Virus record (IMG/VR): IMGVR_UViG_3300032011_000009
Coordinates: 1-59,680 of that record
DNA: 59,680 nucleotides
DNA from: a virus
Taxonomy: Duplodnaviria; Caudoviricetes
Direction: 5' to 3' (one strand)
Part shown: piece by piece, positions 33,991-43,390 of the stretch
How the letters are laid out: every line of letters begins with the position of its first letter
How positions within the stretch are numbered: position 1 is the stretch's first letter
The notes under the pieces: model-generated
Seen by the model: the letters and a program-made list of their open reading frames with translations, nothing else
Database searches by the model: none
What the model was told of the DNA's origin: nothing
Made by a program: the position numbers and the translations under genes

Positions 33991-36366
33991 TCAACTATAT
34001 AAAAAGTTTTTCCAGTTCTTAACGATAGACTCGTTAGTAGTTTGCACAGGAGGGGTATCCTCAACCCTGTCATCGGTTGCTGGGATGTTCTCACCAACTA
34101 CCTGATTGAACACTGCCTGAATCGCGGCATCGAGCACTTCTTCATCTTCCCACTCCTCGATTGTCCACCGCATAGACTTGACTTGGGCTTCGCTGCTGTT
34201 GTCATTACAGTAGAATGTCAGAACAAGTCTAATGTTCTCCTCGGTTGTCGTGCGAATCTCTTCAGTGTACACTCTGAAGTTTGGATATTGACGGTCATCG
34301 CCTGATACCTGTGTGCCTGCCCATGCTTTCTCCACCAGCGCTTTGCGCAGTGGAATAGTAAAATCCCTGCTCTCTAAGACCGTGCGTGCGTCTTGGATGC
34401 TCATACCTTCTGGAATAGCAGGATATGCTGTGTGCGAGCCTTCGATGCCAGAATACGTCATGTGGTCTTCTTCGTCAGCGGTCATGTCCCACTCGTAGTA
34501 ATCAACAGATCCGTTATCGATATCGCTGCCCCACTCATTGATAGCGCCGCCTTCCATAAAGCCGTCACGCTTAGCCATGCGCTCGATCTCGCCTTTGACG
34601 CCATCGTACATATCATCGATGCGGTTCACCTCAACGCAGTAGTCTTCAAATGTATCAGGATCATAAACTATTCCATCGTCTGTGATGCCTTCGTTTTCCA
34701 TCAAGATAGTTAGCCTGATGGTGTCGTTAGAATATCGCATCAAGCGAGTACCCCAGCCATCGCCTGCCCAGTTCCACTCAAAGTCTTGCAACTCTGATAT
34801 CCAGTACCCGACAGCTTTACCGTCCTGTGGCAACGAATCCCATTCTTCTGTCTCCCAATCGATATTCATTTCGGCGGTGGCGCCAACATAGAAGCCGGCG
34901 TCATAATCTTCTGTGATTTCGGCAGTGACATGGCACGCTTGATAGCGGTTGTTCCACTCGTCGGAGATGCGGTCGCACTCTGCTTGCGCGGTTCTCATCT
35001 GAGCTTCAAGGAACTCCATATCTGGTAGCGACCTTTCGGTGTCCGTGTTCTGTCCGATAAAGGGAAAATCGATGCCGGTCAAATCTTGCACAAGACTTTT
35101 GATATTATTATCCTCGTAGGAGCCGCCGTACTTGACCAAATAGCCATCTTCAGGAATCGCTGCGATAGCTTCCGACTGCCCTTCTTTAGCCCAATTGAAA
35201 ACCCTGTCCCGAAAGCCGGGAATCTTCACCCCATAAACGCGGGATTCGGGAACGGCGATTTCAGGACCATTCTCATACTTGGCTGCAGATTGGTCAGCAT
35301 ATACACGGACCTGACGCAGACGGACGCGGGATACGGGAAGCATCTCCATAGATAGCCCGATGTGACTGCCACGGTTTTCATCAGCGAAGATTTCATCGTC
35401 GTTATTAATCTCATCTTCGGCGATTTCAAGACTATCTGTTTCTGTGGCTTTCATCAGTTCTTCTGTTTCAACCACATATGCAATAGCGCCATGACCGTGA
35501 GCCTCGGCTGCCGCACATTTATAATAAGACGTATCTCCTTGGCGGGAAGGTGGCGAATGGCATGACGTAATCCGATTGAAGTCCGACATACGGAGAATGT
35601 CAATAGGATCCCGTGAAATGATGATGCTGTATTTGTTTTCGGTTAGATTGCCGATGTTCTTCTTAATGTAATCAGCATTCTGCTGCCAGTATACTTGATT
35701 CTTCTTGGCGTCTTCCGAACTGTTAAGCTTTCGGATGCCGTCGCCAAGATACATTTCAAGCTGATCCGCTAGCTGTTGGTATCTCTCCACTTCCTGCTCA
35801 TCAAGGGCTGCAGCAATCATCTTTCCTGTAAGCATACCGGGCTTATCAATTCTTCCGTAACCGCCTAGAGTATAGCCAATACTATCTAAATGATCGAACA
35901 CCTTTTGAGAGAGCGCTTCTCTCTTTGAAGCCAGTTCGTAAATCTTTGCCCAAAGCTTGCCGATCTTCATCTGGACTTTGCGCTTTTTGGGCTCTGGTGG
36001 CTGACCGCCGGCGAGTTGAGCAGCCATCGCTTCGATGCTGCCGTCTTTCAGCGTTCTTTCGCTCGAAACCAAGCCTTTTTCCCAATTTACATCATATCCC
36101 ATCTCACGGAACATATCGACAAACTTTCCTAGATCGCTGGCGGTGTCCATTGTTGGGAAATCGAGAACAAGGCGCATTTTGCCTTTAAATAGGCTATTGA
36201 ACGCCAGATCCTCCGGTCCAAGGTCGTGTACCGCATCGACGATGTATTGGTGCTCGTCTTCGTCCAGTTCTCGGAGCAACTTTCGCTCTGTATACATTTT
36301 TGGCTTTTTAGCCGGATCGCGGGCTTCAGTCAAAAAGCTGCGCCACGCATATTCGTCATATTTCAT
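33991..36366 (-). CDS. Large hypothetical protein, paralogue of 1..1919; candidate internal virion protein
   Basis: 791 aa; SRDPIDILRMSD..SCHS..AEAHGHG; N-terminal AWRSFLTE and C-terminal NESIVKNWKNFL; ACTATTTA upstream. Confidence 0.85.
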   Translation of the reverse strand: MKYDEYAWRSFLTEARDPAKKPKMYTERKLLRELDEDEHQYIVDAVHDLGPEDLAFNSLFKGKMRLVLDFPTMDTASDLGKFVDMFREMGYDVNWEKGLVSSERTLKDGSIEAMAAQLAGGQPPEPKKRKVQMKIGKLWAKIYELASKREALSQKVFDHLDSIGYTLGGYGRIDKPGMLTGKMIAAALDEQEVERYQQLADQLEMYLGDGIRKLNSSEDAKKNQVYWQQNADYIKKNIGNLTENKYSIIISRDPIDILRMSDFNRITSCHSPPSRQGDTSYYKCAAAEAHGHGAIAYVVETEELMKATETDSLEIAEDEINNDDEIFADENRGSHIGLSMEMLPVSRVRLRQVRVYADQSAAKYENGPEIAVPESRVYGVKIPGFRDRVFNWAKEGQSEAIAAIPEDGYLVKYGGSYEDNNIKSLVQDLTGIDFPFIGQNTDTERSLPDMEFLEAQMRTAQAECDRISDEWNNRYQACHVTAEITEDYDAGFYVGATAEMNIDWETEEWDSLPQDGKAVGYWISELQDFEWNWAGDGWGTRLMRYSNDTIRLTILMENEGITDDGIVYDPDTFEDYCVEVNRIDDMYDGVKGEIERMAKRDGFMEGGAINEWGSDIDNGSVDYYEWDMTADEEDHMTYSGIEGSHTAYPAIPEGMSIQDARTVLESRDFTIPLRKALVEKAWAGTQVSGDDRQYPNFRVYTEEIRTTTEENIRLVLTFYCNDNSSEAQVKSMRWTIEEWEDEEVLDAAIQAVFNQVVGENIPATDDRVEDTPPVQTTNESIVKNWKNFLYS

Positions 36367-36383
36367 GAATTTGCCTCTGCCTA

Positions 36384-36391
36384 TAAATAGT
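36384..36391 (-). promoter_or_regulatory. Putative late-promoter motif ACTATTTA
   Basis: Intergenic, 17 nt before the ATG at 36366. Confidence 0.65.
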
Positions 36392-36450
36392 TAACTAAAC
36401 CGCAAATCTGAAAATTATAGCGGCGAAAAAAATTTGGAATAACGACCTTT

Positions 36451-37683
36451 TCAAGCGCATTTAGTTTTGAGCACTAAGTCTACCATGTTCCCGAAGTCGC
36501 GACCAACTTTAGTGTTAACCTTGAAGTGGCCAAGCTCGGTCTGGCCAAAAAGGTTAATAAGTTCTGGAATCATTCCTCGTTCGGAGGCGGCGAGGTCGAT
36601 AATGATTGAGTCGTGAAGTGTGAAAGCGATCTGGCTTCTGCAGTCTCTAAGGCGCTCATTGATTTCAATAAGCCTTCGGAGGGTAACGTCCACACAACTA
36701 CTTTGAATAATATAAGAAAGAGAATGATGGTGATCGCTAGGTATGGTCCGTCCGAATCGTGTCCGGACATGTGTGCCGGTCCAATGCGAGCCAATAATTC
36801 TCTCTCTTTGGTACGTTTCTTCCAGTAGTTTTTCCACAGTCCCATCATTATTAGTTAGTGTGCCAGAAACGTTTTTCCTACCGTATAGCCATGCAAAGAT
36901 TCTGCGCTTGGCTTCCTGACGGTCTACGTCGCCAAAGATATTCTTAATATTCCACTCATGAATGTCCTCTGTCGGCTGGTCCTGTCCAGCAAGCGACAGA
37001 GCCACACGAAGTTCAGCAGCATTGTAATCTAGCTCTAAAAACCAGTCATTATTCGGCTTCAACACAGAACGATACTGCCTATCAAGTGTCAGGATAGGGA
37101 AACTGCCCGGGCTGTTGGTCAGGCGACCGGTCTTTGTACCCCATATGTTATAGCGACAATACGGCGTATACTTCTGGAGGTTCTTCACAAACTTTCTCGT
37201 AGCAGTCTTGTGATAGATTGGGCGGATACCCTCTGTGCTGATGCTCAACTCGTTATACCGAATGTCGTCGAGTGCAATGTTCAACTGCTTTATAAAGTCA
37301 TAGTTGTCCGGTTTCTCATATGTGTCGAACACATGCTGCGTAATCCTGTTCTTAACCTCGCAGTAATCCAGCAAGAACTGGCGAGGCACCAGATCGAAAA
37401 AGCAGTTCTCGTCCAGCGACACTTTGGCAAAGCCGAACGAACGAAAATACGCACGAAGCTTGTCCCTCACAGCCTCCCACTGTGTTCGCAGGTTGTCCGG
37501 ACACACTTGGTCCAAGGACATGCCGGCACAATAAAACTTAGCGTACTCCACCTCAGTGTCTCGCAAAAACGTACTATAGTCCCATGTATGCGTCAGTCCT
37601 GCGGGAATCGTATCATGGATCAGTTCTCCGTCAAGGTACACGCCTACGCAGTCCTTCTTGTCGTCTAATGTTTGGAATAGCAA
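36451..37683 (-). CDS. Minimal family-A DNA polymerase (no recognisable exonuclease domain)
   Basis: TKTGRL, motif A LDYNAAELR, motif B RQEAK..IFAWLYG, IQS and motif C LHDS in only 410 aa. Confidence 0.82.
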   Translation of the reverse strand: MLFQTLDDKKDCVGVYLDGELIHDTIPAGLTHTWDYSTFLRDTEVEYAKFYCAGMSLDQVCPDNLRTQWEAVRDKLRAYFRSFGFAKVSLDENCFFDLVPRQFLLDYCEVKNRITQHVFDTYEKPDNYDFIKQLNIALDDIRYNELSISTEGIRPIYHKTATRKFVKNLQKYTPYCRYNIWGTKTGRLTNSPGSFPILTLDRQYRSVLKPNNDWFLELDYNAAELRVALSLAGQDQPTEDIHEWNIKNIFGDVDRQEAKRRIFAWLYGRKNVSGTLTNNDGTVEKLLEETYQRERIIGSHWTGTHVRTRFGRTIPSDHHHSLSYIIQSSCVDVTLRRLIEINERLRDCRSQIAFTLHDSIIIDLAASERGMIPELINLFGQTELGHFKVNTKVGRDFGNMVDLVLKTKCA

Positions 37684-37697
37684 GTGCTTGCCTGTGT

Positions 37698-39539
37698 TTA
37701 GATGTATAGCATGAATTGTCCGCGACCAGCATTGGTTTGTTCGCGGTTTACATATCGGTTAAACGTCTTTGCTTTGTTTTGCACTGTTCTGTACGGCGGG
37801 TTACCGCCCGGTGCGGGGAGCCTGTCTGTCTTATCATTAATATAATCTAATGCCTTGCTGCCGTCAAGGTTTTTTTGAATATCGCTCAAATCTTTGACAT
37901 TCTGCTCAAAGATTCTCTGCGTCCAGTCAACCGACGCCTCTCTTGCGCGTACAAACATGTAGAGTTTGGCTGGGAAGTCTGTACCGAAGATGTTAGAGAA
38001 AACGTCGTAAGAAGAAGGCTTCTTGTTGGCGTTGGCGTTCTTGCGGTTGATCGTTTTACCCGCTAGCATAGAATGGTTTTCTCTTTTGATGGTCGCGTAG
38101 TAGCTGGTGTCTGCTGAGGCTGCTCCATCGAATGCGATGGTTCTACGATAGCTCATGGTTGTCACCACCTCTGAGTTTGCGCCGGCTGTGGCGGAGGAGG
38201 GGCGGTGGATAGCAACGGCTTGCGAAGGGAATGACCCAGCAAACGAGTTCCACATGCTAAGAAAGTAGTTCATCAAGACCTTTAAATCCGTAGAGTCTGC
38301 TCTATAATAGCATGTCCGGAACATGATGTCAAGGTTTTTAGTTTGATATTTTTTGACCAGTGCATCGTATGCTTGCGCTAACTTATATGCCTTGTCTCTC
38401 TGTCCGCGTCTAGTCTGGGTGCCCGTTGCTTTCTTCTGCCACTCATCGCGGCGGCGGACTAGCTCCGGAATGTTTGTGCCCTTGCCATTGACATCTTTGC
38501 CTTCCACAGCCCAATCGCGGATGTACCGGCGCATGGGAGTTGACATCACATCAGCAACCAGTCTCCAAGGACAGTTGAAATCAACCATGAAGCCAAACTT
38601 CTGAGCCATGGCAACGAACACCTCAAAGTTCGGGTCGTTAAGATAGTCTTCCTTCTTCTTCACGTCATCATTTGGATCTTCTTTATACAGATCAATCTGC
38701 CAACCGCTGATTGCTCGATTACACTCGCCGCTCATGATATAGCCAGAGCGCGTAAACTGCACCATGGGAGCAGCAATATCTATGAAGTATAACATATACT
38801 GCATAAAGTCCTTAAAGGTTAATATCTTCTGTTGGCGACCCTCCGCGAGTGTCCACTGCTGGAAGCCCTCGAAGATCCTCTCCATGTTGGCTTGATACTG
38901 TGGGTGTATGCTGGTCCAGCAAGAGGATACATTTAGGAGCCCTTGTTGTGGGCGATACTTGCCGACATCAGCAACCATCGGTCCTGCACCCTGACCTCTT
39001 TGGTTGGTAGCCCTAACATTCATGGCAAAGAATCGTGCCCATTCCTTTTGAAAATCTCTATATGCATGCGCCACAAAAACCGGTGCCATAATAGAGGCAT
39101 CCCCTTTGTTGAGTGACGTAAGAAATGCCTCTGAGATGTAAATCGAGTTTTGATTGATGTCTACCTTCCCATACATCCCCTTGTCATACCAGAAGTCGAT
39201 CATTCCCAGCGACCAGCCGCCAACAGAAGCGTATCTAGGGGCATGCGCTTCCCAGTGTATGCGACGAGCAAACAAAGTAGACGGCTTGTCCTTGGCTGAA
39301 GCGCCCCACCATTTCGCATTTTCGCCTCGGGCGCGTGCCATCTCTATTGAAATGGCGGGAACATGAATGAAGTTTTGTAGCGAAGGTTCACGACCGCTGC
39401 GGTATGGGATCCGCTTGATGCCCTTCCGCTTGCGCGGGTCTTTCGCCTCATAAAGACCCGGAGGATCAACAATAAACTTTACGGCACCAGTGTTTAGGCG
39501 GTTCTTAAGTGCTTGTGTTTTTTCATCTGAGTCTGACAT
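37698..39539 (-). CDS. Hypothetical protein at the end of the baseplate block
   Basis: 613-aa ORF; variant late motif AGTACTTA upstream (39558-39565). Confidence 0.75.
   Translation of the reverse strand: MSDSDEKTQALKNRLNTGAVKFIVDPPGLYEAKDPRKRKGIKRIPYRSGREPSLQNFIHVPAISIEMARARGENAKWWGASAKDKPSTLFARRIHWEAHAPRYASVGGWSLGMIDFWYDKGMYGKVDINQNSIYISEAFLTSLNKGDASIMAPVFVAHAYRDFQKEWARFFAMNVRATNQRGQGAGPMVADVGKYRPQQGLLNVSSCWTSIHPQYQANMERIFEGFQQWTLAEGRQQKILTFKDFMQYMLYFIDIAAPMVQFTRSGYIMSGECNRAISGWQIDLYKEDPNDDVKKKEDYLNDPNFEVFVAMAQKFGFMVDFNCPWRLVADVMSTPMRRYIRDWAVEGKDVNGKGTNIPELVRRRDEWQKKATGTQTRRGQRDKAYKLAQAYDALVKKYQTKNLDIMFRTCYYRADSTDLKVLMNYFLSMWNSFAGSFPSQAVAIHRPSSATAGANSEVVTTMSYRRTIAFDGAASADTSYYATIKRENHSMLAGKTINRKNANANKKPSSYDVFSNIFGTDFPAKLYMFVRAREASVDWTQRIFEQNVKDLSDIQKNLDGSKALDYINDKTDRLPAPGGNPPYRTVQNKAKTFNRYVNREQTNAGRGQFMLYI
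37839..37867 (-). promoter_or_regulatory. Gene-internal sigma70-like promoter upstream of the family-A polymerase
   Basis: TTGACG-N17-TATATT. Confidence 0.55.
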
Positions 39540-39568
39540 GTCTACTACCCCCCTTTATAAGTACTGGT

Positions 39569-42190
39569 TTACCAGATTTTCCACCATGGATCTCCGGCAC
39601 CATTATCGTCACCTTGGCACGGATCTTCGGCGTCCATATCTTCAACGCCACTGATATCGCTCAGTTCCTCGTCCAGTCCCAAGGCACCCTCGATGGCATC
39701 GCCCACATCTTCCCAGAAACTATCCTGAGAGTCCTCAACCACTTGTCCCACGTCCACTTCGGCGCAGTTCGGCTCTTCGGTAGGTGCCGCTCCTGCTCCG
39801 CTGCTAACCCAAGTGCATTCCACCGTAGTATCATACGCTCCACCGCGTTTTATTGCTGAATTTACTTTAATAACTTGAAAATACCCACCCAAGCCTAAGC
39901 GGAACGCGATAGAGTTTCGCGTAGAAGGGTTGCCCACGCCGTACGGAGGATTCACATAGACGTATTGTCCCGGGAAATGAATGTTGTTCCCAACCATCTT
40001 TAGTTTGGCATTGTAGAGTTCTCGTAAGTTGGAAAGTGCGCCTTCTTCTGTTTGTCGTGCTTCTTTGAGTCCCTGAATGTCTGATTTATTAAAGTTGATG
40101 GTCTTGATTATTCCGCTGTCTTGACCGATAGTATAATGATTGATTCCTCGTTTTGCATCGGCGGCTTCATCGCCTGTCAATCCTCCCGGGTCACCTGACT
40201 GCATATAGTAAAGCGCATATGTGAACCCCGGATCTTCCGGGTTAACATCTTCCCCGATTTTCCCCATCATCCCTTCCGGCGTTGGTCGTCTGCCGTGAGG
40301 AGAGCATATATCTTCGTCTGCTTTAACCGTAAAGACAGACTGTGAGACATCACCTGTCTGGTTTGGGGCGTTGGGGAAACACTTGGGCTGCAAAGCCGGC
40401 TTGATAAGACACTGCATAACATCCATGAGGAACCTTCTAACTGGATAGTTATCCTTTTCCGGCTCGATAACCTTTTCATTCCAGAACTTTAGGAACAGCG
40501 TGTAAGAAATGGGGATATCGCACAACGCGATCCGCCTAATCTCCTTAGTTCTAGGATCTGTGTACTGCGCTGGACCTAAAATGATAGCCATCTTTTCAAG
40601 TTCGGCAGCTTTGCTATCCGGATCGAAAGCCACACATGCTTGCTCAACAATGTCGCCTAGGAAGCAAAAATAAACATCGTCATCGTCTACATCTGATGCG
40701 TCTGCATCTTCAGCTTCTTTCTCCGGGTTGCTAAACCAGCCTTGATCACCAATTGTGATCGTTGCAACACCGCCCCACTGATCATCGTTAGAAAGTGTGG
40801 GGCGTTTGCCTCCCTCGTTCGCTTGCCACTCTTCAAGGAAGCCGTTGTCCAAATCCAAGTGTCGGATCTTGCCACTAAGAGCATCTGTAAAACTAGCATA
40901 TGCGTCAGACCTGTTGGTGTCATTTAGTTCTGCCAATATTTCCCTTAACTCTTCGGCTTCTTCGGCGGCATCCTCAGCCTCTTCGTCAAGGTCTTCAATA
41001 TCACCCTCTGATGCCTCTTGTTCGCTGGCGCATGCTTGAGCATCTTCAACATCTTCTATGTGCTCCTCCAGTGCCTCTAGTTCCGCTTCGACATCCTCTA
41101 CATTACGATCATCAACGCCGAATCCCAAGAATCCGCCGCTGACCGTAGCATCTCCGCTGCCGCCGCCGGGGAAAAGAATGTCTGCCGCCTTTGACTCCAA
41201 AGCGGCTTCCATTGCGCCGACGTATTCCACTGTTACATCACACGATCCGTCTTCTTTGATCTTAACCTCATGTTGAATAAGGTTAAGGTACATATCCAGA
41301 TTCATGTTCTTCAATATCTTAACTAGTGCGGCATCCTGCAGGTGGGTGCGGACGCCTTCATCAATTGCCCAGCCAACGCTAGCTAAAACCCTATAGTATC
41401 TTGGATCATATTCTTCGGCGCCGGTCTTACCCCTGTTTCCGCCTTCTGGGTGTAAGATTAGCTCTAAAAAGCTAGGGTTATCGCCCGGTGTATAATTATT
41501 TCCTGCTGCTGCTATCGAATCGAAGTCTCCCACCAAATCTTTTACGGACTGAAAGTGCATTGTCATCTTTACACCAATAACTTTTTCGCCCTCTGCCGGG
41601 TTGGTGCCGGCAAACTCCCACTTGAACTCTTTAATACCAGCGCCGCCAGAGCGACCGCCGGCGTCAGTTGTTAGGTCTGAAAGTCGTGACTCATCCATGA
41701 AGCCTTTGAATTTGAACTCTCTGCGGACTGACTCGCCGCCATCAGCCGCTGGAGTGACCCTCCAAAGCCTCACTCGCGGCTGCAATACAGCTTTTTGCCA
41801 TGGCTTAATCCGGGTGAAGGGTGCCATTGAGTCCCGCTTTAAGACCGCTGACAGCACGTCATGAACTGTCGCGCCTCCCGTGCCGGAACTCGCAGCAAGA
41901 GCATGGAAGTTCTTATAATGACATTGTTCATTTAGTGGCGAGAGGATGTCTGCGTAATCCATCAGGAAGCACTGGTGGTCAAAGGTTAATTTATCTTGTT
42001 CAGACTCTTCGCCTTCAGATGTAGCGGCGTCAGGATCTGTTGAGGCGGCAGGATCTTCGCCCGCAGTAGTACCATCGGTAGCCGCAGTGTCATCTGCAGC
42101 ACCGGCATCAGAGGGATCTTCCCCATCAGCCCCGCCAGATTCAGTGGCAGCTTCAGTGGGGTCTGTTTCTGGGACTTCGGGATCTGCCAT
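39569..42190 (-). CDS. Putative baseplate hub protein
   Basis: 873 aa; follows the LysM-like gene; C-terminal A.LKMVGN..FPGQYVYV...LGGYFQVIKV.S is typical of hub-like proteins. Confidence 0.6.
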   Translation of the reverse strand: MADPEVPETDPTEAATESGGADGEDPSDAGAADDTAATDGTTAGEDPAASTDPDAATSEGEESEQDKLTFDHQCFLMDYADILSPLNEQCHYKNFHALAASSGTGGATVHDVLSAVLKRDSMAPFTRIKPWQKAVLQPRVRLWRVTPAADGGESVRREFKFKGFMDESRLSDLTTDAGGRSGGAGIKEFKWEFAGTNPAEGEKVIGVKMTMHFQSVKDLVGDFDSIAAAGNNYTPGDNPSFLELILHPEGGNRGKTGAEEYDPRYYRVLASVGWAIDEGVRTHLQDAALVKILKNMNLDMYLNLIQHEVKIKEDGSCDVTVEYVGAMEAALESKAADILFPGGGSGDATVSGGFLGFGVDDRNVEDVEAELEALEEHIEDVEDAQACASEQEASEGDIEDLDEEAEDAAEEAEELREILAELNDTNRSDAYASFTDALSGKIRHLDLDNGFLEEWQANEGGKRPTLSNDDQWGGVATITIGDQGWFSNPEKEAEDADASDVDDDDVYFCFLGDIVEQACVAFDPDSKAAELEKMAIILGPAQYTDPRTKEIRRIALCDIPISYTLFLKFWNEKVIEPEKDNYPVRRFLMDVMQCLIKPALQPKCFPNAPNQTGDVSQSVFTVKADEDICSPHGRRPTPEGMMGKIGEDVNPEDPGFTYALYYMQSGDPGGLTGDEAADAKRGINHYTIGQDSGIIKTINFNKSDIQGLKEARQTEEGALSNLRELYNAKLKMVGNNIHFPGQYVYVNPPYGVGNPSTRNSIAFRLGLGGYFQVIKVNSAIKRGGAYDTTVECTWVSSGAGAAPTEEPNCAEVDVGQVVEDSQDSFWEDVGDAIEGALGLDEELSDISGVEDMDAEDPCQGDDNGAGDPWWKIW

Positions 42191-42196
42191 ACAACA

Positions 42197-42535
42197 TTAA
42201 CCTTTCAAGTATTTTAGCACAGAAGTCAAAGGAAGTGGAATATAAATTGTGTCTCCCATTTTGATGTGAGACTCTGTTGGCTTTTTGTTGAACCACGCAA
42301 TCACCCACCACAATTCTGACTCTCCGTAATATTTGTGGGCAAGCTTCCAATACTGATCTCCTGTTTTCCACAAATGAGACACGCGATCAATCGTCGCCGA
42401 GATTTGTTCCGGAGAAGGATACGACATGTAAGGCGTGTTGTATTGGCGGATGCGGCGGAGCCCACGCCTCTCCAATATCTCTTGGTAGAAGCGACTAGAA
42501 TTTGTAATCACGCGCCGGCTGTCATATCTTGCCAT
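42197..42535 (-). CDS. LysM-like baseplate wedge protein (gp53 / tail X-like)
   Basis: WKTGDQYWKLAHKYYGESELWWVIAWFN...GDTIYIP. Confidence 0.8.
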   Translation of the reverse strand: MARYDSRRVITNSSRFYQEILERRGLRRIRQYNTPYMSYPSPEQISATIDRVSHLWKTGDQYWKLAHKYYGESELWWVIAWFNKKPTESHIKMGDTIYIPLPLTSVLKYLKG

Positions 42536-42555
42536 ATCTTATTGAACTCCTTTTG

Positions 42556-43326
42556 TCATCCGCCGACTGGCTCTAACGGCAAGTCGATGCCGGGGGTGCC
42601 AGTGGTGCCCGTATCGTCGGTGGGAGCCTCTGTCGCTCCACGGGCGGTACCTTTCGCATTGTAGGGGAAACTGTTCGATGAGCCGGCATCGCCAAAACCC
42701 ATTTGAGCGTCATCAGTGGCACCCGCTGTAGACCAACCCATCATGTGGGTGTGTAGCACTGTGAACTCAGCCGACAAAGTAAGCCTTAAGGGATAAAATA
42801 CTCCCGGGGTTTCGTCAACAATGCCCGACTCAAAATCAGGCTCAAAAGTAAAGCCACCAATGTAACCAATCAAGCCGGAAGTCTTTGCGTTAGAGCCCGC
42901 CGAATCTGGTCCAGCCTCAACGTTATGAGCAAAGTTTCCGAACTTAAACTTAAACACGGGAGATGAAGCGATAGTCTGGGAGTCTCCTCCTCCGCCTTTC
43001 GAGTATGACGGGTATAGCATAGACATCAGCGTTTCACATTTCTTCATGTTTAGTTCTGCCTCTTCAATGCTTGCTGAAACAACATCCCACTCGACACTAA
43101 TCTGTCGGGCGGTTCCTTGAAACGCAGAAATGGGATCCATACGACCATACACAGATTCACTGTTCCATTCTGACGTATATTGATCAGAGAAGGAGTTAAT
43201 CATAGCCTTAAACACGACTGACTTCTGGCTAGGAACGTGAAAAAATTCCAGCACCATAAGCTTGTCTATAGCAAGCTTACCTGTGCCATCTATGTCGCGT
43301 CCAAAGCGTCCACTATATATTGACAT
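42556..43326 (-). CDS. Tail tube initiator / baseplate protein
   Basis: Lies right after the tape measure; FSDQYTSEW...YGRMDPI..F..T.R and LYP.Y motifs. Confidence 0.65.
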   Translation of the reverse strand: MSIYSGRFGRDIDGTGKLAIDKLMVLEFFHVPSQKSVVFKAMINSFSDQYTSEWNSESVYGRMDPISAFQGTARQISVEWDVVSASIEEAELNMKKCETLMSMLYPSYSKGGGGDSQTIASSPVFKFKFGNFAHNVEAGPDSAGSNAKTSGLIGYIGGFTFEPDFESGIVDETPGVFYPLRLTLSAEFTVLHTHMMGWSTAGATDDAQMGFGDAGSSNSFPYNAKGTARGATEAPTDDTGTTGTPGIDLPLEPVGG

Positions 43327-43359
43327 ATTTAGAAACCTCCTCGTTCTTTATCTTCTCTA

Positions 43360-43367
43360 TAACTAGT
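43360..43367 (-). promoter_or_regulatory. Putative late-promoter motif ACTAGTTA
   Basis: Intergenic, upstream of a GGAGG RBS and the ATG at 43326. Confidence 0.65.
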
Positions 43368-43390
43368 CCATTCTGTAAGAAGTTTCGCTA

